Below, in pieces: positions 11,490-22,251 of a stretch of DNA of 51,644 nucleotides. Positions within the stretch are counted from its first letter, which is position 1. Each line of letters begins with the position of its first letter. This stretch comes from Octopus bimaculoides (Eukaryota). The DNA is taken from contig NC_068983.1 of the NCBI RefSeq assembly GCF_001194135.2, positions 57,394,135 through 57,445,778 on the forward strand, given 5' to 3'. Position numbers and translations under genes: made by a program. The notes beneath the pieces were generated by a model, which had not been told where the DNA came from, made no database searches, and saw nothing but the letters and a program-made list of their open reading frames with translations.

Positions 11490-11660
11490 TAGGCACAGGA
11501 GTGGCTATAATCAGGAGTAGCTTGCTTACTAGCCACATGGTTCTGGGTTCAGTCCCACTGCGTAGCACCTCAGGCAAGTGTTTTCTTCTATGACCTCAGG
11601 CTGACCAAAGCCTTATCAGTGGATTTGGTAGTTGGAAACTGAAAGAAGCCCGACATTTAT
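11490..11660 (+). mobile_element. SINE family C, 5' half
   Basis: GCACAGGAGTGGCT...GGGTTCAGTCCCACTGCG...GAAACTGAAAGAAGCCCG. Confidence 0.8.
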
Positions 11661-11851
11661 ATATATATCGCCATGATTGACTGCTAACTCCAAAAGTGTT
11701 TTATTCTCTCTCTATTTCTCCATGTTCCTTTCTGTTAAAGAGCATAGGCTCGAAACGTAAATGATTTTCTCACCCTCCCAAGCATCAAACTAATACACCT
11801 GCTTGTTGTTTATACACCTGTCTTCATCTTTTGCTTTTCTGTAAATTTCAA

Positions 11852-11895
<44 letters not shown>

Positions 11896-11899
<4 letters not shown>

Positions 11900-12078
11900 T
11901 CTTCATCATCATTTAACATCCATTTTCCATGTTGGCATGGGTTAGACAGTTTAACTGAGGTCTGTAGAGCCAGCAGCTGCACCAGGCTCCAATCTGATGT
12001 GGCAGAGTTTCTACAGCTGGATGCCCTTCCTAACGTCAACCACTCCAAGACTGTAGTGGGTGCTTTTTATGTGCCAGA
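11896..12078 (-). mobile_element. RTE-clade LINE 3' end
   Basis: Same family as 3849-4470. Confidence 0.75.
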
Positions 12079-13460
12079 GTAAGTACCATGATCAAAGAAA
12101 TAAATTACTACTGGGGTCGATTCATTCAAATAAATTCTTCAAAGTGTTGCCCCAGCATGACCACAGTATAACGACTAAAACAAATAAAGCCACAAACGAT
12201 ATATAACCACCATTTAAAATCCATTTTTCCATTCTTGCAAGGAACCGATGGAATTTACTGATACAGATTTTCTATGGCCAAATGCCTTTCTACTCACCAA
12301 GTATTTTCGCCTTCCAAGCAAGGTTTGTTTCAACATGAATTCATACCAGGAACCTTGTAAACCAAATACAAAAGTAACAGACCTTTCATCCAGTTTACCA
12401 AATGTGCCAACCCAACCTACCTGACAAAGTGGGAGATAATAGATATGTATATAACTATGTGTATGTTTATGCGTTGTGTCATTGTATATACATACTGTGT
12501 GTGTGTGTGTGTGTGTGNNNNNNNNNNNNNNNNNNNNNNNNNNNNNNNNNNNNNNNNNNNNNNNNNNNNNNNNNNNNNNNNNNNNNNNNNNNNNNNNNNN
12601 NNNNNNNNNNNNNNNNNATATATATATATATATACGTATATGAATTTATATGAGTATATATTACAAACATACACATATACATACATATATATTCTCTCTA
12701 TCTCAATACATATACATTTGTGTTGAATCATCATATATACTACGTATACACGTAATATATTTGTGCTGTGTCATGATATATATAAATGATATATATATAT
12801 ATATATATGAGTGTGTATGCATGTACACATATGTACAGAAGTGGCGGTGGTGGTGGGGTTAACACTTCAATGCAATATTAAACCAACATCAACAAAAGAG
12901 ATTACAGAAATAATAAATTCTATATTGGAAGAAGAAATTTCTTTTCCTTACATTCAATAAATGTGTTTGATATGGAGTTTTACACCTCAAATTTCTGATT
13001 TCAGAAATAGATTGTAGAATTTTAACAGAATTCTTCCTAGTATGACACTCAAAAAGAAGTGGAAAATTCCATTTTTTTCTTTTTTTCCTCCTTCTATCCC
13101 TCTATCAATCCATCAATCTATCTCTTTGTCATTCTTTCTCTCTTACACTTTACTATCTGATTCTGAGAATAAAGAAAAAATTTAATTTTTACTTGACGAA
13201 GTGATAATTGCAGGTGGTAAAGATGTCACCCAGGTGACAAGGCTACTGCCATAGTGACAACATTGTCATCGAGATTGCAATACACAAGTGTTAAGAATTG
13301 TCAAAGACATTCGTATATATAGTCATGAGCTTCTTTTGTTTTGTTATTTTGATGTTTCTTACATTTATTTTATTAAGACTTATTTCTCATCCCGAATTTT
13401 GTGAATAATAATACCATATTAATATAATTCTTTTTGTTTTGCTTTTTTTTAATAAGTCAG

Positions 13461-13487
13461 CTATCAGAGGGTCCGCTACTTTTTCAG
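13461..13487 (+). CDS. Candidate 27-nt microexon of an unidentified host gene
   Basis: Long U-rich tract with TGC at 13440-13442, then ...GTCAG|CTATCAGAGGGTCCGCTACTTTTTCAG|GTACGA. Length is a multiple of 3 and all three phases are stop-free. An identical copy lies at 14258-14284. Confidence 0.35.
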
Positions 13488-13546
13488 GTACGAGAGTGAC
13501 GGGGCTGTGCATGCACAACATGGGTGGAACAAATGCCACAAGGCAT

Positions 13547-13581
<35 letters not shown>

Positions 13582-14909
13582 AAACACACAGACAGAGAAA
13601 TATACACACACGCATGTGAGAGTGCACATGCATACACACGCACACAAATGCATACACATGTGCACATGCACACAATTGTATACACACATGCACGTACACA
13701 CATGCACATGCATGCATACACACATGCATACATAATACACAAATGCATATACACACATACATACNNNNNNNNNNNNNNNNNNNNNNNNNNNNNNNNNNNN
13801 NNNNNNNNNNNNNNNNNNNNNNNNNNNNNNNNNNNNNNNNNNNNNNNNNNNNNNNNNNNNNNNNNNNNNNNNNNNNNNNNNNNNNNNNNNNNNNNNNNNN
13901 NNNNNNNNNNNNNNNNNNNNNNNNNNNNNNNNNNNNNNNNNNNNNNNNNNNNNNNNNNNNNNNNNNNNNNNNNNNNNNNNNNNNNNNNNNNNNNNNNNNN
14001 NNNNNNNNNNNNNNNNNNNNNNNNNNNNNNNNNNNNNNNNNNNNNNNNNNNNNNNNNNNNNNNNNNNNNNNNNNNNNNNNNNNNNNNNNNNNNNNNNNNN
14101 NNNNNNNNNNNNNNNNNNNNNNNNNNNNNNNNNNNNNNNNNNNNNNNNNNNNNNNNNNNNNNNNNNNNNNNNNNNNNNNNNNNNNNNNNNNNNNNNTGTG
14201 AATAATAATACCATATTAATATAATTCTTTTTGTTTTGCTTTTTTTTAATAAGTCAGCTATCAGAGGGTCCGCTACTTTTTCAGGTACGAGAGTGACGGG
14301 GCTGTGCATGCACAACATGGGTGGAACAAATGCCACAAGGCATTATACACACACACACGCACGTATGCAAATGTATACGCCCATACACGCACACCTCTCT
14401 TTCATTCCCCGGATAAACTGCATCTCCTAACCCAAGATCTCTATTAAATAATAATGCAATTATTGTATACAGTGCTCAGGTGCACCACAACTTGTCAAAA
14501 GTATACATAAAGCAAATGCAGTAATGTACAAATGTCTGGAAAGTGAACAGTGTATGAGTCAGATACATGCTTGCGTATGTATATTAAAGATGGTGTCATG
14601 TTGTTAAGACATGAAACTCTCAGCTTCAGAAAAGCATTGCAGAACCTCCATGAAATTGATGTGATTCGATGTTAAAATGGTCAGAAGCTGAAATATAGCT
14701 AAAAAGTATTATCCATACAATATTATAGAGCAAGGTTTAAGGGATCCTTAATCCATTGGCATCCGGATTACTCCACAACTCTTGCGCATGTTTATCTTCT
14801 GTCTTTTACTTGTTTTAATCATTTAACTGTGGCCATGCTGGGGCACAACCTTGAAGAGTTTTAGTCAAACAAATAACCTCCAGGAGTTATTTATATTAAA
14901 CTGAAGAAG

Positions 14910-15404
14910 CAGTTCTATATTTAAGAGATGAGGAATTATGTACATTATTTACATTATTTACATTTGACGGATATTTGTCCTAGTCTTGTTTGTTGATATT
15001 TTGATAACATGGTTGTTTATTCTTATAATGACATTGAAGGGAAGGTGTGAGAGGCCACATCTGGCCAGTTTAAATGCTAAAAGATTTATGAATATTTTGA
15101 ACAGATCAAGTGACCACGGGCATATGGTGTAGTGGTTAAGAGCGCAGGCTGCTAACCCCAAGATTCCAAGTTCGATTCCAGGCAGTGACCTGAATAATGA
15201 TAATAATAATAATAATAATAAATAATAACAACAACATCGATAAATACCTTAAAATGAGAACCCAGGATCAAAATTCCCCCAAGACACCTGAAGAAGGCTG
15301 GAGGGTATATCAGCCAAAACGTGTTAACAACAAACTAGATGAGGACAAATATCCGTCAAATGTAAATAATGTACATAATTCCTAATCTCTTAAATATAGA
15401 ACTG
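14910..15404 (+). mobile_element. tRNA-headed SINE-like element with HHR tail (15118-15404), preceded by an inverted copy of its tail (14910-14995)
   Basis: A box 15125-15135, B box 15170-15179, (AAT)n, HHR motif 15283-15325, 3' tail to 15404. 14910-14995 is the reverse complement of about 15330-15404. Confidence 0.85.
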
Positions 15405-15409
15405 TGTTA

Positions 15410-15540
15410 GGAAGACATATTACCTTACTTGGAAACAGGTGAGTGTTGGTGACAGGAGCTGCATCCAGTTGTAGAAAATCTGCATCTATTTCGTCAGACT
15501 CATGCAATCTTGGAAATGTAAGATGTTAAATGACAATGAC
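15410..15540 (+). mobile_element. 3' end of a second RTE-like family, related to 12200-12370 (-)
   Basis: TTACCTTACTTGGAAACAGGTGAG...GTAGAAAATCTG...GATGTTAAATGACAATGAC. Confidence 0.5.
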
Positions 15541-15864
15541 AGTCTCCAGTGACAGTTCTGATTATCTTCATAAAACAATTTATAAACAGAAGTTACATTG
15601 GTACTTAAGTGGAGTCAACTTTATGGGAAGCTTTAGCGTTGGGTATATCTGTATATCTAAGATATTTAAATTCCTGGCTGTCTCCGAATCTAGCTTGGGT
15701 ATATAAACAAGCCTGCACGAATATTTATATATTCATTTTTGTCTTCCTGATTTTCTGGGTATACACACATTACATGTTCAAATATATGTAAATGTGTATG
15801 TATTTATGTATATATATGTGTGTGTATGTATGTATGTGTGTATGCGTATGTAAGTATGTATATA

Positions 15865-16750
15865 TGAGGGGTGTATGAAAAATGTTGAGCCTAGCCGAGA
15901 AATGGGGCTGCTAGATAGCTGAAACAATTTTTTCTGGTAAGTACGGTCTTTTCAGAGTATTCTTGCTTATTTTCATGATTCTGATATTTTAATTTTATTT
16001 ATTTATCTTTTTTTTTCTTTTGCAGATTTTTGAATCAACAAGTGTCAAGGTTACAAGGAAAATGGAGAAAACTGAGTATCGTGCTGTCATAAAGTACCTT
16101 CATTTGAAAGGCATGACTCCATCAAAAATCGATGAAGATATGGTGAGAAGCTTAACAGACAATGCTCCTTCATATGCAACAGTCAAATCCTGGGTAAATG
16201 AATTCAAGCGTGGCAGGGAGAGTGTGGAAGATGATCCCAGACCAGGGAGACCTCCAACTGCAACCACCAAGGACAACCTTGACCTTGTACTAGGTATGAT
16301 AATGCAAGATCGCCGAATATCATGTCGTCAGATAGCCGAGAGACTGGACATCTCAACTGAAAGAGCAGACAACATTGTGACAAAAGAACTTGGGTTCTCA
16401 AACGTTTCCACAAGGTGGGTCCCTCGCCTTTTGACTCCATAACAGAAATGCACCAGGTGCACTTTGTCTACGAGCAATCTGGAACTGTTTGAAGCCGATG
16501 AAGAGAATTTTCTTGCTCGTTTCATTACTATGGACGAAAGTTGGGTTCATCACTACCAGCCTGAAACCAAAGAACAATCAAAGCAGTAGAAGCACACATC
16601 TTCTCCTACCCCAAAGAAGCCCAGGATCATTCCTTCAGCTGGCAAGGTCATGGCATCCGTTTTTGGGGATTCTCAAAGTGTCTTGCTGATTGACTACCTT
16701 GAAAAGGGTCACACTGTGACAGGGCTGCATTATTCTCAGCTACTGAAAAG
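15865..16750 (+). mobile_element. 3'-truncated mariner element with transposase pseudogene (ATG at 16062)
   Basis: TA|TGAGGGGTGTATGAAAA TIR. Translation MEKTEYRAVIKYLHLKG...WVPRLLTP*QK...FITMDESWVHHYQPETKEQSKQ*...SAGKVMASVF...LLIDYLEKG; two in-frame stops (16440 and ~16588), no second TIR. Confidence 0.95.
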
Positions 16751-17153
16751 GTCTATAATATGGAATAATGGTTTTAGACACCACAGATTGTAATTATAAT
16801 GGATACTTGTATAACTTATATGCAATCTAATGTAAATATATTTTGAACAAAAAATAATAGAGGAAAATTAGAATAAGAAAAACAGGGACTAACGATAAAT
16901 CAAATATAAGAACTGTGAACAGACAATACATTTCTTTAAGAAGATAATGGTCAGCAGAACAGCAGGAAACAATACAATATAGTTAATTACACTTCTGGTG
17001 TCTTCATATATTATTCCGAAACCTTTGTTTAATTATCTGTCTGTTCAATCATTATAGAAACACACGGGGAGGGGAATGGTCAGAATTCCTTTGGTCATAG
17101 CTAATGTTTTCTCTTTGATGCTTTTTTTCTTCGTTTTTTGTTTTATATCTTAG

Positions 17154-17174
17154 GCTTGCTGTGACGAATCACAG
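17154..17174 (+). CDS. Candidate 21-nt microexon of an unidentified host gene
   Basis: Branch-like CTAAT at 17101, ~45-nt pyrimidine tract, then TTAG|GCTTGCTGTGACGAATCACAG|GTAACA. Open in phase 0 (ACCDESQ) and phase 2 (LAVTNH). Confidence 0.45.
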
Positions 17175-17710
17175 GTAACAATGTATTTTTATTTTCCTCC
17201 TTTATTTTCTCGTCTCTCTTTGGTAAGTTGTGATGATTCACAAGTAACAGCCAAACATTTAACAGCGCTTCCTGATTGGTGTAAAATGGTAAATGTCTTT
17301 AAATGTAAACATCAAACTAGCAAAAAGAGAACGCATTAGTGTAAAATGCGTGAAGAGGCATACACATGGACTGGCTGAATAGTCAAGATTCATAGATATT
17401 ATAAATAATATTTAGTAATATCCTGTGGATGCGAAAATGTCCTCACAAATGAACATGTGGGATGCAGAAACATATGTTGCAGTACATAAAGTCTAAAAAT
17501 TTCCATTCACAAGTCATTTTTGTTATTACAAAACAGATATAGAAAAAGAGGGGGAAGAGAAAGAGGGCAGAGAGAGGGGGGAGAGAGGGGGAGAGAGAGA
17601 TACACACATACATAAATACATTTCCTCCTTTTTCTCTTTTTTCTTCTCTCAATGTTTGTGTTTCCTTTGGTTTTGGATTTGTGCTTTAATATGGTTTCGT
17701 ATTATGTATG

Positions 17711-18335
17711 TCATCATCATCATCATCATTGTTTAACGTCCGCTTTCCATGCTAGCATGGGTTGGACGATTTGACTGAGGACTGGCAAACCAGATGGCTG
17801 CACCAGGCCCCACTCTGATCTGGCAGAGTTTCTACAGCTGGATGCCCTTCCTAACACCGACTACTCTGAGAGTATAGTGGGTGCTTTTACGTGCCACCGG
17901 CACGAGGGCCAGTCAGGCAGTACTGGCAATGGCCATGCTCAAAATGGTGTTTTTTATGTGCCACCTGCACAGGAGCCAGTCCATCGGCACTGGCAACGAC
18001 CTCGCTTGAATGTTTTTTCACATGCCACCAGCACAAGTACCAGTAAGGCGATGCTGGTAACGATCATGCTCAAATGGAAACCAAACAGCTGCTCTGGCAA
18101 TGATCACGCTTGGACGGTCCTCTTAGCGTTCCACTGATACAGGTGCCATCACGATTTCGATTTCACTTGCTCCAACAGGTCTTCGCAAGCCGAGTTTAGA
18201 GTCCAATGAAGGAGAGGTACACATAAGTGGGCTGGCTACACCCCTGGCAAAGGCCTCGGATTATGGTTTCACTTGCCGTGTCTTCTCACGCACAGCATAT
18301 TTCCAAAGGTCTCGGTCACAAGTTGTCTCAGTCAC
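17711..18335 (-). mobile_element. RTE-clade LINE 3' UTR and end
   Basis: Colinear with 3849-4470 but with one fewer internal ~95-bp unit. Confidence 0.8.
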
Positions 18336-18609
18336 ATACGTATTATATATCTAACAAAATAATAACATATATACCTAACTCTCAATTTACAATTTGACAT
18401 ATGAAGATTGTGGTGAGAAACCTGTGTTGCTTGATCATGTCCCTCATTCCAACGCTAAACTGATTAAGCTGACATTCTGTGTATGAGATCTTATAACTAT
18501 GTGTTTTACTTCGAGCAGGTCACAGATGCATGTGTTTTCTAATTTACTGATAAATTACTGCACCCCATGCTCTCATCACTAAATTCTGAAACGTTGGTGT
18601 AAATCACAG

Positions 18610-18765
18610 AGTGAATATTCCAAAAGAATGGATATTTATTAAACAGGGAAAAGGTGGTTTTGAGGCTGAGTTTGAAATATGTAATTGCATGTTTAGTGTT
18701 GAACATGGCAGCAGGAAGTCTGACATAAAGCAGCATCAAAAAACTGCAAAGCACAAATGATGTGC
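18610..18765 (+). pseudogene. hAT-like transposase N-terminal zinc-finger fragment
   Basis: Translates EWIFIKQGKGGFEAEFEICNCMFSVEHGSRKSDIKQHQKTAKHK (FSV.HG..DI..H..T.KH pattern). Confidence 0.7.
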
Positions 18766-18824
18766 ATTGTCCATGGCTACTTTGACTACAAAACTAGCAA
18801 ATATCTTGATAAAAGAGAGATATA

Positions 18825-19042
18825 CGAGGGGTACTGAAAAAGCTCCTGGTTTTCAGGGTGTCGTGCAAGACCTGGTTGGAGACCCAACCTTTCGAGTTCT
18901 TTTACAGGGTTTAGTAAAACTGAAGGACCACTGCAATAAGTGTGCGAATCTGAGAAAGGGAACAAGTTGCATAAAATCATAATTATCTAATCCTCCAGCA
19001 TTTTCTTTCAGCCAAATCCAGGAACTTTAAACACCCCTGTTG
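18825..19042 (+). mobile_element. Mariner-derived MITE
   Basis: TA|CGAGGGGTACTGAAAAGCTCCTGG ... CCAGGAACTTTAAACACCCCTGTTG|TA imperfect TIRs. Confidence 0.7.
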
Positions 19043-19093
19043 TAGAAGAAAGCAAAATAATATGTACACGGGGTTACCGATGGTCATCTAAAC

Positions 19094-19683
19094 CAGACCG
19101 GGCCAACTCAAATTACATTGAAGCCACTTACATTTCAGAAAGTTTTTTGAAGGCCGCTTGTATACTGACAGAATTGAAAGCATTTTGCTTTCTCATGCTA
19201 TTATTACAATAATGAATGAATGATCTTTGATTCAACATGGAATATTATCGTTGTAAAAACAGTAGTATCTTTCTGTTCTGTATTTAAGAGATCAGGAATT
19301 ATGTACATTATTTACATTTGATAGATATTTATCTGCAACTTGTTTGTTGTTAACACAATAATTCGGCTGATATACCCTCCAGCCTTCTTCAGGTGTCTTG
19401 CGGAAATTTCGAACCTGGGTTCTCATTCCTAAGGTATTTTTTGATGTTGTTGTCACTGCTTGGAATCAAACTCGGAATCTTGGGGTTACGATTCCAGGCA
19501 GTGACTTAAATAATGATAATAATAGTATCTTTCGTTTTTATTTTTCATTAGAATCTTTAATTTTTAATGAAATTTAAAAAATTGTTTGTTTAAATAAATT
19601 CATTTCAAGAAAGTATCAAGCGGGTCACAAGATAAAAGTCTGTGGGATGCATGCAGCCCGCAGGTCTGAGGTTGGCCAGCCCG
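19094..19683. mobile_element. hAT-type non-autonomous element, host of the nested insertion at 19274-19522
   Basis: Ends CAGACCGGGCCAACTC and GCAGCCCGCAGGTCTGAGGTTGGCCAGCCCG; degenerate 8-bp flanks CATCTAAA and AATCTACA. Confidence 0.55.
19274..19522 (-). mobile_element. tRNA-headed HHR element, copy 2, with 5' inversion and 11-bp TSD
   Basis: HHR motif 19352-19397 (-); TAGTATCTTTC at 19263-19273 and 19523-19533; 19489-19522 is in + orientation. Confidence 0.85.
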
Positions 19684-20253
19684 AATCTACACTGTACGCA
19701 ATCATTAGTTGTGCAGCGATTCTATGAAAGACTTTCTACCAGTAGTATTTTGGAGTAAAGATTATTTGCCAACATAACATGGCAGTCCTGGTTTAGGACA
19801 AACGTAATTTAGCCCCAAGAGATATTGTCTCCTGCTGGCTATACAACACGATCTGTGTCTCATAGCTGGCCGCCAACACTTTTTTCTGCACAATAGGGGT
19901 AGCTTATCCTGTTCAGGTTATATTATTAGCATTATCCTGCGTTTGAGAATTTAAAAATCACTTAACTTTCTAAGACATCTCAACGCTTCTAAAAGCAAAC
20001 TTCGTTTGTTTGTTTACGTTTATCGTAATTTGAATTTAACATATTTTAAAAGGATTGGCACAACTCCCCACAGAGGTAAACAGACAATATAGAGAGCACG
20101 ATGCGATTTTGAGCTCGACAAAGACAGGCAAGCTGTCGAAATATCGTTCAAACCAATAAAATATCTATTGCAATCGCATCGCGCTCCTCGTATTGTATAA
20201 TTATAATACTAATAATAATAATAACAATAATAATAATAATATACCCAAGTTCC

Positions 20254-20382
20254 CTAAGTTCCATCAACAACAAACTTGGCAGTTTCTTTATTGAAATGGG
20301 TGTAAGTACGAGAGTGGCATTAATTCAGAAATCTTGTCTATTAATAACAGCAAGGATTGTAAGGAAAATCCACGATATCTAA
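20254..20382 (+). pseudogene. C-terminus of an RLE-type (R4/Dong-like) non-LTR retrotransposon ORF, 5'-truncated; 3' UTR probably follows
   Basis: Translates LSSINNKLGSFFIEMGVSTRVALIQKSCLLITARIVRKIHDI*, matching the QK..LLGTARI.RK terminal motif; abuts a (TAA)n run at ~20205-20240. Confidence 0.75.
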
Positions 20383-21179
20383 AGGAAACTAGTTGTGATC
20401 TGGTATCAAGGACATTGATTTCAAATGTAAAGCGTTCGAGTACACCATCAATGATAATAACGCCATTCATTATTTCAGTAGTTGTCAGAAGTCTAGATAT
20501 GTCGTCGTTTTGAAGAATATCTAAGGGAATCCACGGAACAAAATCCGTGCATCTACAAGAATGTCTTCATAACTTGGGCTGCTCGACGGGCGAACCGCAA
20601 GACTACGACAGAGATTCTTCGTGGAGTCAGACGGAATATTCGTTTTAGTGATACAAAAACTACTGAATATACATATAATGCCACGTTACTGTGTAAGATG
20701 TTTTCAATCTACACATGTCATGTATTGTCAATAAATTACTTAATTTTTTTCGTTTCATTGTCTTACTTTGCTTAAGAAATTGAATAAAAGTTGATATTTT
20801 TTCCCATATATGTGTAATGCCTTCATATGTAGCGTATAAGTCATGTACTATCAGTTAATAATTGATTTCAAATAGTTTTTTTTGTTTTTATTATTTTGTT
20901 TACGGTATTTAAATAAAATGTGACTTTTTTTCCAATGACATTTTTTCCTAACTAAAATAACTTTTCCTATAACTTTTTGTTCTACGGATGCAAATAACCA
21001 CAAAACAGATCACATTTTCCTCTTCAAGTCTGCAGTGTTCTCCACACCCCAGGAAAAAAAAGGCGCATTCATGATTATTAGGAGTAAAATCACTTCCTAG
21101 TGAGACATCAAAAGCTATAACAAGCTTTTTTTCAGAGTAACTCTTATCGACTTAAAAGTTGACGAAGGAAAAAGCAAAG

Positions 21180-21199
<20 letters not shown>

Positions 21200-21213
<14 letters not shown>

Positions 21214-21500
21214 GTTTGTAAAGGCAACACAAATACTAATTTCGTGGACGTGTTTACACAAAGGTGTGAATAATGTCTATTCAAAATTGAAGCAAAGCAC
21301 GAACAATTTTATGAAAGGAGTTGGTTGTCCAACTCATGTTCTGTACAATGTTGCTCAAACCGCAGCTGATGTTCAATCAGTTGATGTTGTAGAAGTAATT
21401 GTCATGAAATTGCTTTCTTCCTTCGGCATTTATACTGTGCGTCAAAGTTTATTTTTTTATGATTATTTTGGCATTCAAATTCTTTGAATTCTCTGACGTT
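21200..21500 (+). pseudogene. hAT transposase core fragment
   Basis: NTNTNF...KGVNNVYSKLK...GVGCPTHVLYNVAQTAADV...VEVIVMKL...IYTVR, characteristic of hAT-like transposases. Confidence 0.8.
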
Positions 21501-22219
21501 ATAAAACTTGTTAGATTTCTTTGAAGAACGCAATGAAGAAAGAGAAAGAGGATCCTGATGCTATTCACAGAATTGGAATCCTAATTTAATTCCCATGAAA
21601 GAACCCCCAAATGCCTTTTGGATTTTTTTTTTTTTTTTTTTNNNNNNNNNNNNNNNNNNNNNNNNNNNNNNNNNNNNNNNNNNNNNNNNNNNNNNNNNNN
21701 NNNNNNNNNNNNNNNNNNNNNNNNNNNNNNNNNNNNNNNNNNNNNNNNNNNNNNNNNNNNNNNNNNNNNNNNNNNNNNNNNNNNNNNNNNNNNNNNNNNN
21801 NNNNNNNNNNNNNNNNNNNNNNNNNNNNNNNNNNNNNNNNNNNNNNNNNNNNNNNNNNNNNNNNNNNNNNNNNNNNNNNNNNNNNNNNNNNNNNNNNNNN
21901 NNNNNNNNNNNNNNNNNNNNNNNNNNNNNNNNNNNNNNNNNNNNNNNNNNNNNNNNNNNNNNNNNNNNNNNNNNNNNNNNNNNNNNNNNNNNNNNNNNNN
22001 NNNNNNNNNNNNNNNNNNNNNNNNNNNNNNNNNNNNNNNNNNNNNNNNNNNNNNNNNNNNNNNNNNNNNNNNNNNNNNNNNNNNNNNNNNNNNNNNNNNN
22101 NNNNNNNNNNNNNNNNNNNNNNNNNNNNNNNNNNNNNNNNNNNNNNNNNNNNNNNNNNNNNNNNNNNNNNNNNNNNNNNNNNNNNNNNNNNNNNNNNNNN
22201 NNNNNNNNNNNNNNNNNNN

Positions 22220-22249
<30 letters not shown>

Positions 22250-22251
<2 letters not shown>

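Noticed and set aside
13400-13560. Exact 160-bp duplication at 14196-14356 as a biological tandem duplication
   Set aside because: It is 100% identical and abuts an assembly gap, so allelic or contig overlap is the simpler explanation until long reads say otherwise.
15118-15190. tRNA gene (also heads at 7290, 37490, 47295)
   Set aside because: A and B boxes are present but there is no proper acceptor stem or T-run terminator; they continue into repeated non-tRNA bodies, so these are SINE heads.
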